A stretch of DNA of 64,000 nucleotides from Macrostomum hystrix. Lineage: Eukaryota > Animalia > Platyhelminthes. Shown here piece after piece: positions 13,095-44,528 of the stretch. Location of the stretch: assembly GCA_950097015.1 (NCBI GenBank), contig CATNEN010000001.1, positions 13,578,001 to 13,642,000 on the forward strand, written 5' to 3'. The notes beneath the pieces were generated by a model, which searched no databases, was not told the DNA's origin, and saw nothing but the letters and a program-made list of their open reading frames with translations. The translations under genes were made by a program, and so were the position numbers. Numbering within the stretch: the first letter of the stretch is position 1; each line of letters begins with the position of its first letter.

Positions 13095-14377
13095 CTTTTA
13101 GACTCGCCAGACACGCTTGACGCCGGTTAGACACTGTTAGAAACGCTATTCTCCTGTTAGACACGCTTAACACCTGTTAGACACGCATAACACCTGTTAG
13201 ACACTGTTAGAAACGCTATTCTCCTGTTAGACACGCTTAACACCTGTTAGACACACTTAACACCTGTTAGACACGCATAACACCTGTTAGACACGCTTGA
13301 CATTTGTTAGACACTGTTAGACACGCTTAACACCTGTTAGACACGCTTCACACCTGTTAGACACACTTAACACCTTTTAGACACGCTAAACACCTGTTTG
13401 ACACGCTAGACACCTGTTAGACACGCTTAACACCTGTTAGACACGCTTAACACCTGTTTGACACGCTTAACACCTGTTTGACACGCTTAACACCTGTTTG
13501 ACACGCTAGACACCTGTTAGAAACGCTATTCTCCTGTTAGACACGCTAAACACCTGTTAGACACGCATAACACCTGTTAGACACGCATAACACCTGTTAG
13601 ACACACTTAACACCTTTTAGACACGCTAAACACCTGTTTGACACGCTAGACACCTGTTAGACACGCTTAACACCTGTTAGACACGCTTAACACCTGTTTG
13701 ACACGCTTAACACCTGTAAAGACACGCTTAACACCTGTTAGACACTGTTAGAAACGCTATTCTCCTGTTAGACACGCTAAACACCTGTTAGACACGCATA
13801 ACACCTGTTAGACACGCATAACACCTGTTAGACACACTTAACACCTTTTAGACACGCTAAACACCTGTTTGACACGCTAGACACCTGTTAGACACGCTTA
13901 ACACCTGTTAGACACGCTTAAAACCTGTTAGACACGCTTAACACCTGTTTGACACGCTTAACACCTGTTTGACACGCTTAACACCTGTTTGACACGCTTA
14001 ACACCTGTTTGACACGCTTAACACCTGTTTGACACGCTTAACACCTGTTTGACACGCTTAACACCTGTTTGACACGCTTAACACCTGTTTGACACGCTTA
14101 ACACCTGTTTGACACGCTTAACACCTGTTTGACACGCTTAACACCTGTAAAGACACGCTAGACACCTGTTAGACACGCTTAACACCTGTTAGACACGCTT
14201 AACACCTGTTTGACACGCTTAACACCTTTTTGACACGCTAGACACATTTTAGACACGCTTAACACCTGTTAGACACGCATAACACCTGTTAGACACGCTT
14301 AACACCTGTTAGACACGGCATGAACTGTTAGATACGGCATGACCTGTTTTGACAAGCTAGTCACCTGTTAGACACGG
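13095..14377. repeat. 20-bp minisatellite CACCTGTT(A/T)GACACGCTTAA
   Basis: About 60 tandem units with duplicated variant blocks (e.g. AAACGCTATTCT). Confidence 0.95.
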
Positions 14378-14556
14378 AATCGCGTCTATTTAAAAAAGAC
14401 TTTTTAACTTAAACGGTTAAATATCTCTTGTGTTTAAACTAAAAATGACACTTTCCAAACTACTCTACTTATAATTGTCCTCAGTAGTATGAACAGACCT
14501 TTGTTTTGTCATTTTCACAGGCACTCATTTGCTGATCCTCCAAGAAGGCCGCAGAA

Positions 14557-32308
<17,752 letters not shown>

Positions 32309-32629
32309 TCGTGTTTCTCATCTGTCGAAACTATTGTCGGTTGTTTCTTTAATGTAAGTTTTTTGCAGATTCTAAAAATCAGATTAAAACAGATAGCAGA
32401 TTCCAATTTATTCAGTTGAAATCTAACTGGTCATTTTTTCTTTATTTAGTTATTTTTTTGCAAGTTTTTTGTGACCGTTGTTGCGTTGTTGGAAATCATT
32501 GTTAATCCCCACATTAGCCGTACACTAATAATTCCTATTAGTCTATATTGTCAGATTCTGTTGGCAAGGTTGTACGAAAAACGTTGGACGCGAGATAAAA
32601 TATTAGACAGAAAATTACTTAGAATGAAG

Positions 32630-33300
32630 AACACCTGTTAGACAGTGGAACACCTGTTAGACAGTGTTAGACAGTGGAGCACCTGTTAGACAGTGGAACA
32701 CCTGTTAGACAGTGTTAGACAGTGGAGCACCTGTTAGACAGTGGAACACCTGTTAGACAGTGGAGCACCTGTTAGATAGTGGAACACGTTAGACAGTGGA
32801 ACACGTTAGACAGTGTTAGACAGTGGAGCACCTGTTAGACAGTGTTAGACAGTGGAGCACCTGTTAGACAGTGTTAGACAATGGAACACGTTAGACAGTG
32901 GAACACGTTAGACAGTGTTAGACAGTGGAGCACCTGTTAGACAGTGTTAGACAGTGTAGCACCTGTTAGATAGTGGAACACGTTAGACAGTGGAACACGT
33001 TAGACAGTGTTAGACAGTGGAACACATTAGACAGTGGAACACGTTAGACAGTGGAACACCTGTTAGACAGTGGAACACGTTAGACAGTGGAACACCTGTT
33101 AGACAGTGGAACACCTGTTAGACAGTGGAACACGTTAGACAGTGGAACACCTGTTAGACAGTGGAACACCTGTTAGATAGTGGAACATGTTAGACAGTGG
33201 AACACCTGTTAGATAGTGGAACACCTGTTAGATAGTGGAACACCTGTTAGACAGAGGAACACGTTAGACAGTGTTAGACAATGGAACACCTGATAGACAA
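32630..33300. repeat. ~19-bp minisatellite CACCTGTTAGACAGTGGAA with shorter variants
   Basis: Direct tandem units with the TGTTAGACA core. Confidence 0.95.
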
Positions 33301-35294
33301 AAATCATGTTAGAAAGATCGTCTATAGGAAAGGTGAGCATATTTTAGAATATCAAATTTAAATGAAAATAAAATACAATTTTTGCTGCTTATCTTCAATG
33401 CCTCTCATTAACGATCAGTTGCTCCAGTGTAAATCTTGTGAAATCTATATTAAACAATGTTCGTCCATTGCTTACTTCTAATACTTGCAAGAATACTTTA
33501 ATTGGCAATATCTTTTTAAGCCCCATTCGCAAGCCTGTGTTGTGCAATACAAAATTAAATTATTGAGCATGAATGTATTACGACAAAATATTTGTGCGGT
33601 GTTGATAATTCCTTGTCCTTGTGTTTTTGTTGCTAAAAGCTTTTTGTGTTCAATATCTACAGCAATATCTGGAACTAATCAATAAGTGTTTTTCTTCTGA
33701 AAAAGTTTACAATTTTTTCTTTTTCTTCTATTGCTTATCTATCGCTTCTATGTGCAATAAATTAATTTTCAATGACCTTTTAAACCGATAGCCATGACCA
33801 AGGGGTCCTCATTTGGAAAGCATGCTTGCTAACACTGACTGTTTTACTACTAATGTACGCTAACTACACTACTGAATTGATACGGAGTAGCATATACGGA
33901 AAAGCAAGCGCTAAATATTAGTAAATCCAGTTAGAACCGGTTCCAATTTTTACATAACATCGGATGTCAAAACTGAAAATAACTATGGCAAATGCTAACT
34001 GTTTGTATGTCACAATTTTTAAACTAATAGTTAAGTGAAAAAATAAACTGGATAGATTCTCTGATCGAAAATTAACTGTTCGTCACATTTTCAGTGTTTA
34101 AATTTATCGCTAATCCTTGTTCGCATTTTTCTAACAGTCTAACCATCTCTTTAATCAAATGAATAGAGTCGAATTAGTTTGAAATTTGGAAACGCAGGCT
34201 TGAGAAAGAAAGAGTGCCAAAAAACTAGTTCCAGGTGTTAACGACCTGACTAAAATTTCATTCTCAAGCTCAGTTTAATTTAAAAGCCGCAAAGTACACA
34301 GAGGAGCTGCTGACCGTTCTCAATTTGGCGAAAAGGAATTCCAAAACTATCTGCAGTCGTCAAGGACAACAACACAAAAGTAGGAACTTTGGGAAAAATA
34401 CGTTACTAAGAATTGAGTTTTCTCTTGGGTGTTGCTTGAAAAATGTTCTACGCAAGTGGCAGTCAGTCACATGACACAGGAAACATGATGCAATCTATGA
34501 TTCAGGTCACTATGTACAATCTTTATTAGAATGCACATCACAAAATGTCTACCCTACCCCACACCCACAAATTAGCAGCCAATAAGCGCGAATGTTAAGT
34601 CTCAATCGATTATGATTGGCGGACTGGTTCTGGCCAATCAGAAGTCAGTAGTATGTAGCGAGCAGATAGCAGCAACAACAGACGATAACTTAGAAAAAGC
34701 GAGAGGCAAACAGCATTTAAACAGCGGCACTGAAAGAATTTCTAGAACAAAATCCTATATGACCTTTAGTAATGAATAAAAATCACACAAACTAAGCAAA
34801 ACTACAATTCTAAATCACGGGAAAACAAGTTCCTTGAAAACCACATCTAGAGAGAAATGAGATGAAAAAGAAGTACTGTACAATTTTACACAACAAAACC
34901 TGCTGACACACACCAGCTATCTATGCTTCACCTTTATTGCGCGTTTGATAATTGATAGAAAATGATCAATTACTAACAGTAGTTAGTTCAAATATTTAAA
35001 TTATAGATAAAAAATAGGAAATAACTCACTCCATCTAATGGGAGAATGAATTGAATAACAAGGTTTCGACAAAATCCAGCACGCCTTTGTCCCACCTCCG
35101 TGATCACGGATTGACAGAAAGTTAAAAAATAAAATAAACAGTGATTTAGCCATAAAAGTTTGATTAAACAGCGCTAAAAGAGAAATTTGATTTAACACCG
35201 TTTTTCTGCAATGCAAAAAACGCACAATGAGACTAGCTGGAGTAAGACAGATTGATCGGAATAGGAGGGACTGATGAGTGTCAAGGAGTGTCAA

Positions 35295-35542
35295 GATTGA
35301 TAGGGAGATAATGGGATTGATGGGAGATAAGGAGATTGATGGGGAGATAAGGGATTGATGGGAGATAAGGGGATTGATGGGAGAAAAGGAGATTGATAGG
35401 GAGATAATGGGATTGATGGGAGATAAGGAGATTGATGGGGAGATAAGGAGATTGATGGGGAGATAAGGAGATTGATAGGGAGATAATGGGATTGATGGGA
35501 GATAAGGAGATTGATAGGGAGATAAGGGGATTGATGGGGAAA
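35295..35542. repeat. ~19-bp purine-rich repeat GGGAGATAAGG(A/G)GATTGAT
   Basis: Direct tandem units. Confidence 0.85.
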
Positions 35543-36171
35543 AGAATATGCTGGAGATTAATAGACTTATAGACAGGATGTACATCATGGCACAATGAGA
35601 AGGACAAGAAAACAAAGCAGGAGAAACAGAAACAGATATAATATTTACAGCAATAAAAATATTGCAATAAACTGCGAGAGAAAAACGGCCAACGAGTATG
35701 ACGCAATTAAGGAATAAAATGAATAATAGAGAAGTTACACTGAAGGACATTTTGACAAAGACGATATCAAATAGTGATAGAAAACAACAGTGAAATTGTG
35801 TGTGTATATAAAATAAGCAGAAATGTCCAAGAATATATGCTGGCAACAATGCCCAACCGGAAATCAGATATAGTGCTGTGTGACACATGGCACACAAGCA
35901 GACAGAAGCGGCGAAAAAGCAGAGAAACAGCTAAAAAGCGAAGCAGAGAAAAAAAACAAAAGTGCAACAATTAGTAAAACAAACAGAGATGAATCGAATA
36001 TTGTACAGAGGAATAAAAAACAATTCTAAATAACAATTCAACCATTCTAAGGCTAACAAAAACACTAAAATAAAACATGCTAGCTGTTCAGCACTGCAAA
36101 TAGAGCGAGACACAAACAATTGAAACAAAAAACGATAAACGATAAAGCCTTACAAAATCCAAGCATCAGAG

Positions 36172-39100
36172 TCACACCCTGTTATTACCGAACAGATCCT
36201 GACGAAATTGCAGAGGCACTCGCCATTTGTCCAGGTGCATCAGGCCGACATTCACAACTTCGCAATCTATTTGCATCAGCGGAACTGTTCCTCTGGCTGA
36301 CGTGTGACCGCTCTCTGGGATAAGAGATTAGCGATCATTACAGACAGTTGGGAAAGGGATTAGAGATTATTACAGACTGGTGGGAAAGGGATTATCGATC
36401 ATTACAGACTGGTGGGAAAGGGATTATCGATTATTACAGACTGGTGGGAAAGGGATTAGAGATTATTACAGACTGGTGGGAAAGGGATTATCGATTATTA
36501 CAGACTGGTGGGAAAGGGATTATCGATTATTACAGACTGGTGGGAAATAGATTATCGATTATTACAGACTGGTGGGAAAGGGATTATCGATTATTACAGA
36601 CTGGTGGGAAAGGGATTATCGATTATTACAGACTGGTGGGAAAGGGATTATCGATCATTACAGACAGGTGGGAAAGGGATTATCGATTATTAGACTGGTG
36701 GGAAAGGGATTATCGATTATTACAGACTGGTGGGAAATAGATTATCGATTATTACAGACTGGTGGGAAAGGGATTATCGATTATTACAGACTGGTGGGAA
36801 AGGGATTATCGATTATTACAGACAGGTGGGAAAAGGATTATCGAGAATTACAGACAGGTGGGAAAAGGGATTATCGACTATTACAGACAGGTGGGAAAAG
36901 GATTATCGAGAATTACAGACAGGTGGGAATCGACGATAATGAAAATAATAAAAGCAACTGACTCACCATTAACAGCCGGCATCAAGAAGGTCATCCTCGG
37001 CGCGGCAGTCTTGTTAGCTGCCAGAGCGGGAAACACCAGGTGATCGGACCTGAAGCTCACCAGGTACATGGTGTCCTCGCGCCTATCCAAAGCTCGCATC
37101 AGTAGGTCCAAGCTGGTGTCGCGACCGTAGCGAAGCTGGAGGGCGCTGCCACCGCCAACCGCGGCAGCCGCTGCGGCAGCCGCCGCGGTTGCCTCAGCCC
37201 GACGTTTCATGCGCTCTTCGCGGCGGGTTCGCTGACGATGAAGACGGCGAAGTTCCCTGGAAAAGGTGAGGCAAGTAAGAAGGTAAAATATATTTTGCGA
37301 GAGGGGAATATTCTTGAGATCTCACGGGGAAAGGGACGAAATTATTGGGATCTGGTAGGGATAGAAGAAGATTCTTGGGATCTGGTGGGGATAGAAGAAG
37401 ATAATTGGGATCTGGTAGGGATAGAAGATTCTTGGGATCTGGTGGGGGATAGAAGATTCTTGGGATCTGGTGGGGATAGAAGAAGATAATTGGGATCTGG
37501 TGGGGATAGAAAAAGATTCTTGGGATCTGGTGGGGATAGAAGAAGATAATTGGGATCTGGTAGGAAAAGAAGAAGATTCTTGGGATCTGGTGGGGATAGA
37601 AGAAGATAATTGGGATCTGGTGGGGATAGAAGAAGATAATTGGGATCTGGTAGGAAAAGAAGATTCTTGGGATCTCGCGCAGGGGAATTATTGGGATCTG
37701 GTATAAATGCAGAACGATTTTTGGGATCTCGCGGTGAGATAAAAGATAAAGAAAAATTAGCGGGATCTGGTAGGGATTGAGGAATATTTATGGGATCTGA
37801 GGCGGATAGGGAAAGTTTGTTTGATTCTAGTAGATTTTGAGGATTTGTGAGATTAAAAAGACCAGTCAGCATTTGAGCTAATTCTGCACACAACAAACTG
37901 AGCACATACCTAGCGCCAGCCTCGCGCTGATATCGGAAAGCCCAACCGTCCAATTCTTTAGCCAGCCTAGCAGACTCGGTGCTATTGTGCACGGGGCAGA
38001 GTCGGCCAAACAGGGCGGACAGCTCCTCTGGCGCGGGTTGGTCAGCTGGCCCAGCAGACGAAGTTGATAGAAGATGCCGACCAGTTGACGGGCCTCGCCT
38101 ATAGGGCACCAGGGCCCTGGTCTCGGCGGCACCGTTGCCATAGAAGAAGGCTGTATTATCTGGCATTGATGACTGATAATAAGCAGCCTGACCCGGCTGC
38201 TGCTGTTGGGCCAACGGCCAGACTCCCAAGCCAACTAGATTTAGGCCGACAAACAATAGTATTGCCATGACTGTGACTGGCCGACGCCTACCGGTGGAGG
38301 CTGCAGCGGCGGAACCAATGCCACCGGCGCCACCGCTTAGAGCGTGCTCCAAGCTGATGAGTTTGCGCTCCAGTTCAGAGTAGCGCTGCCTCAGCTGCGA
38401 GTTCTCGTCGCGCAGAAACGCATTCTCAGATGCTAGCGACTGTGGATTTTGTGCACGTGAAGAAATCATTTTAACAACCAAATCTCATACAGTCTAACCT
38501 CAGTAAATGTGTTATACTGCAGAGAACAATAGAATTCTCACCTGAACTCGTCTCTCCAGTCCGTCCAGATACTCCTTTCTCTTTCGTCTGCTCTCCGATG
38601 CGCTGTGCCGATTTTTAATCATTCTCTCTAATCGCTTCACTTTGGCTTGCTCGCCTTCAGACATGACCAGAGGCGGAACCTGTTGCTGTATTAAGGCTGC
38701 TTGCGACTGGACAACAGGCCCTATCGAGTTAGTTGTAGACATTGGCGACGAAGGACAATCAGACGGTGAGCCGGCAGATGTTAGGCCACTGAACTCGACT
38801 GATTCGGCAGCCATAGAAGCCGAACCGTCAATTAGAAGAAGCTGCTGATGTTGTCTGCGTGGCTGAATCAAACAATAACTAGCCGATAGCTGCTGCTGCT
38901 GATGCCTTGCTAGGAAGTCATCAGTTGGTTCAGATTTAAACAGCTGAGTTGCAGACGTCAGCTGCTGCTGGAGTTGATTCTGATGCTGAAGCTGTACCTG
39001 ATAGAGCTGACGCTGCTGCTGCTGCTGCTGCTGCGGTTGTGCCAAGAAGCCAGCCAGGCGTCCGCCAGCAACAAAATCTTCCACTCTAAGTCTGGTGCAA

Positions 39101-39588
39101 TCGTCGGGCGCTCTTTCGCGCGACCTGCGCCAATCAAACGGCCTAGTTCGACTGCAGTCAATCTGCTCCTCGGCGCCAGTACTAGCCGCTGCCAAATTGG
39201 CAAAGTGAGCGGAGCCGCCAGCTATCGAGGCGCTGCCGAGGCCGCTGTCGCTATCTGAATGCTCCGGCGTAGATATGGTGTCAGCTAGACCGTCACCATC
39301 AAGATCTGGTAGCATGGCCGCATCGCCGGAGTCAGTAATTTGGCCAACTGTGTCTTCAAGAGTTGGAAAAATATCAACCGGAAATAGATCGGATGCAGCG
39401 ATGCCCAAATCAAAGGATTCCAGCATATCCTCAGCGCCATCTGTGTCAACATTGTTGGCTATCATTTCGTTAAATAGTTCGGCAAAATCACCAGAATTGT
39501 TAGCCGAAGCTGAAGAACTAGCAGCAGCAGTAATCGGCTGCAGACAATGGTCACGATGCAGACTTGGAGACACAACCGAGTGCATCAT
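36172..39588 (-). CDS. ATF6: ATF6-family ER membrane-bound bZIP transcription factor. Exons 39588-38542, 38439-37910, 37256-36967, 36314-36172
   Basis: bZIP KRLERMIKNRHSASESRRKRKEYLDGLERRVQ|SLASENAFLRDENSQL. Transmembrane segment VTVMAILLFVGLNLVGLGVWP. Site-1 protease motif RHLL. Luminal motifs HNSTESARLAKELDGW, ALDRREDTMYLVSFRSDHLVFPA..NKT..PRMTFLMPA and LMQIDCEV. GT-AG phases are consistent. The start Met is uncertain. Confidence 0.92.
36325..36935. repeat. 32-bp minisatellite ACAGACTGGTGGGAAAGGGATTATCGATTATT filling an ATF6 intron
   Basis: About 19 tandem units. Confidence 0.95.
37341..37705. repeat. ~30-bp minisatellite TGGGATCTGGTGGGGATAGAAGAAGAT(AAT/TCT) in an ATF6 intron
   Basis: Direct tandem units. 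Confidence 0.92.
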
Positions 39589-40281
39589 GCTTAGAATAGT
39601 TCTATGTACTTGTGAGAGATTAGCTTGCACACAGAAGTCTGATGGCAGTGTTCAAGCACCACCCTCTTTTTTGTTATAATTCAGAATTTCAAGTTGAAAA
39701 GTTTGTCAGCTAGTAGAAGAGCAGCTTGCAATTTTTTTAAATATGTATCTGAAAATATGACAGAAATGTGCAACAGGGAGATAAATAAAAAGTGAAGTAC
39801 TTAATCTGTTTGTTACTTAAAAGGGCTGAAATAACTATTACTGTTCTGAAGTATGTTACAATGGGGAGTATTAGCCATCAGAAACAAATTCTGCATAATT
39901 TTAGAAAAAAATTCAGTAAGAAACACTTTAATACCTCAGGTCAAAATGGAAATCTTGTCATGCTGTTCATTAAATTTATTAAATTCTGATTTGCACTAGC
40001 ATGTTTCATTGGTATTTAGTAGTATTTTGCATTTGATTTTCCACTGTTATAATTTGTAAATCAATTTACACTTGAATTTAGAAGCTAAGCATTGGTTGCT
40101 TGGTTGTTTTTTTGTTCTTGGTGGAAAATAAATCCACACTTTTAAATATATGTTTTTGCCATAGACTATACTTTGACAAAGTATAACACACAATATACGG
40201 TTTTAACAAATTCAGACCACAGTAAAAATATTTTTTTCTTAGTTAACATGACCTGCCAGCTATGTTAATAGCTATTTTGAA

Positions 40282-40667
40282 GGGCGGATAGCTCAGTCAG
40301 TAAGGTGTCGGCATCTGGATCAGATGGTCCTGGGTTCGACTCCCGACCTAGTCTAGAACTATTTGTGCAGCCTTTGGCAAGCTGCTTTGCCCTGATGTGC
40401 ACACAGTCTACTCAGCTGCAAATGAGTACGGCATTTCGTTGGGTAATAATAATTCCAGCTGGCGTGGAATAAAGCAGTTCTGTGCGGCAATTCTGTGGGG
40501 TTTGGATGCTGCCAATATGCTTGGAAAAATAAATTCCATTGCTGACACGCGGCTGTCAACCAGTGTCCGAGAGAGCCGGGGAGTACAATAGGTGTGTAGT
40601 CCCCACCTGCTAGTGTGCCTGACACAACACCTGCACTGGCCCTTGGGTCTAATGTCAATTATTATTG
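40282..40667 (+). mobile_element. tRNA-derived SINE
   Basis: GGGCGGATAGCTCAGTCAGTAAG (A box), GGTTCGACTCC (B box), CORE-like CCTTTGGCAAG and CTCAGCTGCAAATGAGTAC, (ATT) tail. No closed tRNA acceptor stem. Confidence 0.75.
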
Positions 40668-43039
40668 TGGCGGAAAGTGCAAATTTCGATGTCTGTATGC
40701 TACATTCACTTGTTATTTAATGTCTATTTTCTTCACTAATATTCAGCTTGAATTCTCAGACCATTATCTAATGTACGCTTATGTTTTCTTCGCTGCACCG
40801 CTCTAACTTACGTGCATGGACTCATCTCGATCTCTACCCTCCCAATGTGTGTGCAATTTCTCTCTTAATTTAAGCCTCTCAATTCAGTCCTCTGGACCCT
40901 TAATAAACGTGAGCTGTAGTAAGGCACAGGTGGAGAGAGTTTTACTCAGCAGTCAAACCACACGACAACACTCTTGTGACTTCATTCAACTACAATTATT
41001 ATTAACATGAGCTACAGATATGTTTTCTGAAGTTTCTGATGTTTTCAGGAATCAATTCACTTTAAACATATCACAACAGTTCTTATTGCAACAGGAGTTA
41101 CACGAGAGAAGGTGCTCATTGATGGCAGAATTTCTAATCCAATGCTCCTTAACCCTTGTGTACCTGTGTTCCTGTAGCCAAGAAAACAAATTGAACATTC
41201 TCAAGGCTATGTACATTAAGGCTCAGAAACCATATTTGAACAGTCAGTTAGCCATGGGGGTGAAGCTGCCAACTCAACATGTTTTAGCTATGTTAGAAGT
41301 GTCTTTGAACTTTATTTGGTTTTGTTTTTTCTTGTTAACCAGACTGGACCGAAATTGATTTGCACATTGCATTGTACAGTTTTCATTTCTTAAGAAATAT
41401 ATAACTTGGTTCTGTGTGTTTAATTGATGAGTCTGCCCTGAAGATGACCGATTGTGTGGTCAAAATGCATTGGCAAAATTCTAAGAAAATTTAAATGTTG
41501 ATTTTGAGCTTTCTCTTTTTAATATATAAATAAACAAGTAAGAGCCAGAAAAAAATATGTTTTTGTCATATGAGAACAACGTACCAAATAAGAAAGTTTA
41601 AAATACTAAAGAGTTAGCCTAAAAGTTATTTAAAAAGTCATAAGTGAACATATTTAAAGAAAGAGAGCTGTAAGCTAGATCAACTAGTAAACCCAAGCAA
41701 GATGGACTGACAAATAACTAAAAAGTGATAAGACTTAATAAATATTTATAAAGAGCAATAGAGATGAAAAAAGATGGATACACAGTGATAGGGACTCTAG
41801 TGAGTGAAAAAATAAGAATATGATTTCAGATGGCTTTTGCAATTGACTGTAAATAGTAAATAGATGTCTATGTAACATCTATTTGTTAAGCTATAGAATA
41901 GTTATGGCTTTGCCACTTATTTATAGCCAAAAGAGTTTTATATTGTAAACAAATAAAAACATTTGGTCAGCATAGTAATCCTATTCAATGTAAAATTGAA
42001 ATTTAATACTTTAATACTGAGTGTTAATAGAAGATATATATATTCCATAGTGTAGACAACAAAAATAAACTATAATGATCATACATGCGCAACACCCGGC
42101 CGACCCAGCCGAACCGGCCGGGTGAAACGAGGGCCAAGCAAGGTAAGTCGCAAAAACCAATTGACCAAGCACAAAAAAATCAAAGGGGGGACCAAGGGAC
42201 AAAAAAGGAAGGCGTGAAGAAAAGGAAAAAGGGGAGAGAAAAAGAGAGCAAATGAGAGCAAACTAAGTCGTAAATAGAGCAATGAAATGAACTAAGTCGC
42301 AAATGAGAGCAAAAACTAAGTCGCACGGCCGGCTAAGATTTGGGAGGTTGAGCATGTATGATAATGATATGCTTTTAGTATTTTTAAAATCCATTAATTT
42401 TTTTTATTTTCCAAGTCAAATCTATCTGGTCATCTTGATCACAGCCCCTTATGGGAAAAATACATTACGAATACAACTAAAATGTTGATAAAAATGTTAT
42501 AACTTTTTATTACTTGACCAATTTTTATGAGGTGTCTTTTAACTCAGACAAGCAAGATATGTAACACAAGAAAACCAAAAAATGTGGATTTTTATTTTAA
42601 TTTCTCACTTAATTAGTGATAAAGACTGATAGAGTACTTAAATATAAGTTGACTATATTATTCAAGTGTAAGTAAATGGAAGGGTAATTAATTAAATTAA
42701 ACCTAGTTATTAATATAAGTGTAATTAATATTGGCCATATGAAATATATAATGCTATCATATTAAATATATAAATTATAATGCTAGGCCTACTGTTTTTA
42801 ATTTAAAATAAGAACTACATAAGTGAATAACTAAAGACATTTATAAGTTACTCAAAAGATGATTTCTGTATTAAAATTCTCTAAAAAATATTTATTAGAA
42901 CAGCTCTACAACAAAAGGAAATATAAATTATTAGCTCTTTCATTCATTTTAGAGAAACTAGCCAAATATGTTATTTTTAAAATGGCAGTGCTTATCCCCA
43001 CGCCCACAGTAATAATTTTTGTCTTATTCCTACGGTACT

Positions 43040-43149
43040 GTGGGAATAATTTCCTGCTTATCCGCACGGCACACTGACAAGATAGCTGTCCTATCTTCAA
43101 CATATTCCGTGGGAATAATTTCCTGCTTATCCGCATGGCACACTGACAA
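43040..43149. repeat. Direct repeat of GTGGGAATAATTTCCTGCTTATCCGCA(C/T)GGCACACTGACAA (2 copies)
   Basis: Copies at about 43040 and 43109. Confidence 0.85.
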
Positions 43150-44528
43150 ACAGTGTTGAGGGCATGTGGGGCCACCTCAAGTCCAAGTTTTGAGCTATTC
43201 ATGTCAGATGTCAGAATACCAGATGCCTTGTTCAACACATATCTCCAAGAGGCAAGAGCTCATGTGGCGCTGGGCCTTCCCCACCAGTTTTGCAATATCC
43301 TATACTGGATAGCTCACTATTACTGACTTACTTACTTACTGACTATTACTGACTGCTCACGGGGTTTAATGCAAGTTGTTCTGGTAGGCTGAAATGAGCA
43401 TAAATTCAGAACAATAAAATTTAAAATGGGAATTTAAAAGATCCCCTTGTTTAGTTTTGTAAAATACTAATTGTTGTACAACAACAATATTTATTTGTTG
43501 TCTAGTAGGGTAGGGTTGTAGACCTACAAAAGCTAGAACTATTTCAAACGATTAATGTTTAAGAAGCCCAAGCCCAAGGCAATGCCAATATTTGAACACA
43601 AGGCCTGGAGTAGGCCTAATCAAGAACAAGAATATTTTGATAAATCTAATATAAATCATATTATTTAACAATAATAAAACCAATTGCAATTTTAACTAAG
43701 CAGTTAGTTTTGTAAAAAAAACTGTCTAAGTAGGTGCTTTACCAACTTATGGCCAGCACTGTACTGTGTAGGCCCTACTGTGTAGGACGGTGAGAACAAC
43801 TGTTTTTAGAAAGTGTTTTTGTGTACTCGTTTGCTATCACAATCACAATTTTTTATTTATATTAATATATATTTGAAATTCTCGGGATAATTTATTTTAT
43901 ATGAACACTCTAACAACTATTATATATGACACAAATTGTGACAAATAAAGCGTAAAATCCGTACATTTTTAGAGTGATAAGCGTAAGCAAACACTTAAAA
44001 AAACTTTTTTTTATAGAAAATTTTAACAAAATACACAGAACCCATTTGCTTGCAAACATTTTTTTATGACTATAAGCCCAAAGGAAAGAAAGGAAAAATT
44101 AGAGTCAATATGTTTAGTTATTTTAAGTTGTTTTACTTTGTTTAATGATTTTATTTCACGGTATTCTTTAAAAGCTTCCAGAGCCATCGAACTCTCGACC
44201 TTCCTCGCTTCTTGTAGACACAGTTGCGAGCGCAACCTACCACTGCCGCGGCGAATGCAAGTCCTATGTAATTTTCTGAATCCTTCTCGAAACGACAGTC
44301 AACTGATTCACAGGCGCGGCCGTCTGAAGGTGTTGCATGGGCCAGTTTCTTCAACTTCTGATCAAGAACATCCAATCATTTCTACCAAAGGATAGTTCTC
44401 CAAATTTCGTTTAGCTCTCCTTGTGTTTAGTCCAAGAGACAAAAACACGCAATTTTCGGGTAAAGTCTGAGATTCCTCGAGACTTAAAAAATTCCCATTC
44501 CCTGATCCCATCCTGCGGGAAAATTTGA

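Noticed and set aside
35001-35897. 298-aa hydrophobic minus-strand ORF
   Set aside because: Low-complexity T-rich sequence plus a repeat downstream of the ATF6 stop. No recognisable motifs.
37342-37909. C-terminal extension of the 379-aa minus-strand ORF (PPDPNYLLLS repeats)
   Set aside because: Read-through into an ATF6 intron satellite past the donor at 37909.
40282-40355. Possible tRNA gene
   Set aside because: A and B boxes are present but the acceptor stem does not close and the sequence continues into a SINE body. The same applies to tRNA-like heads near 7050, 25893 and 46540.
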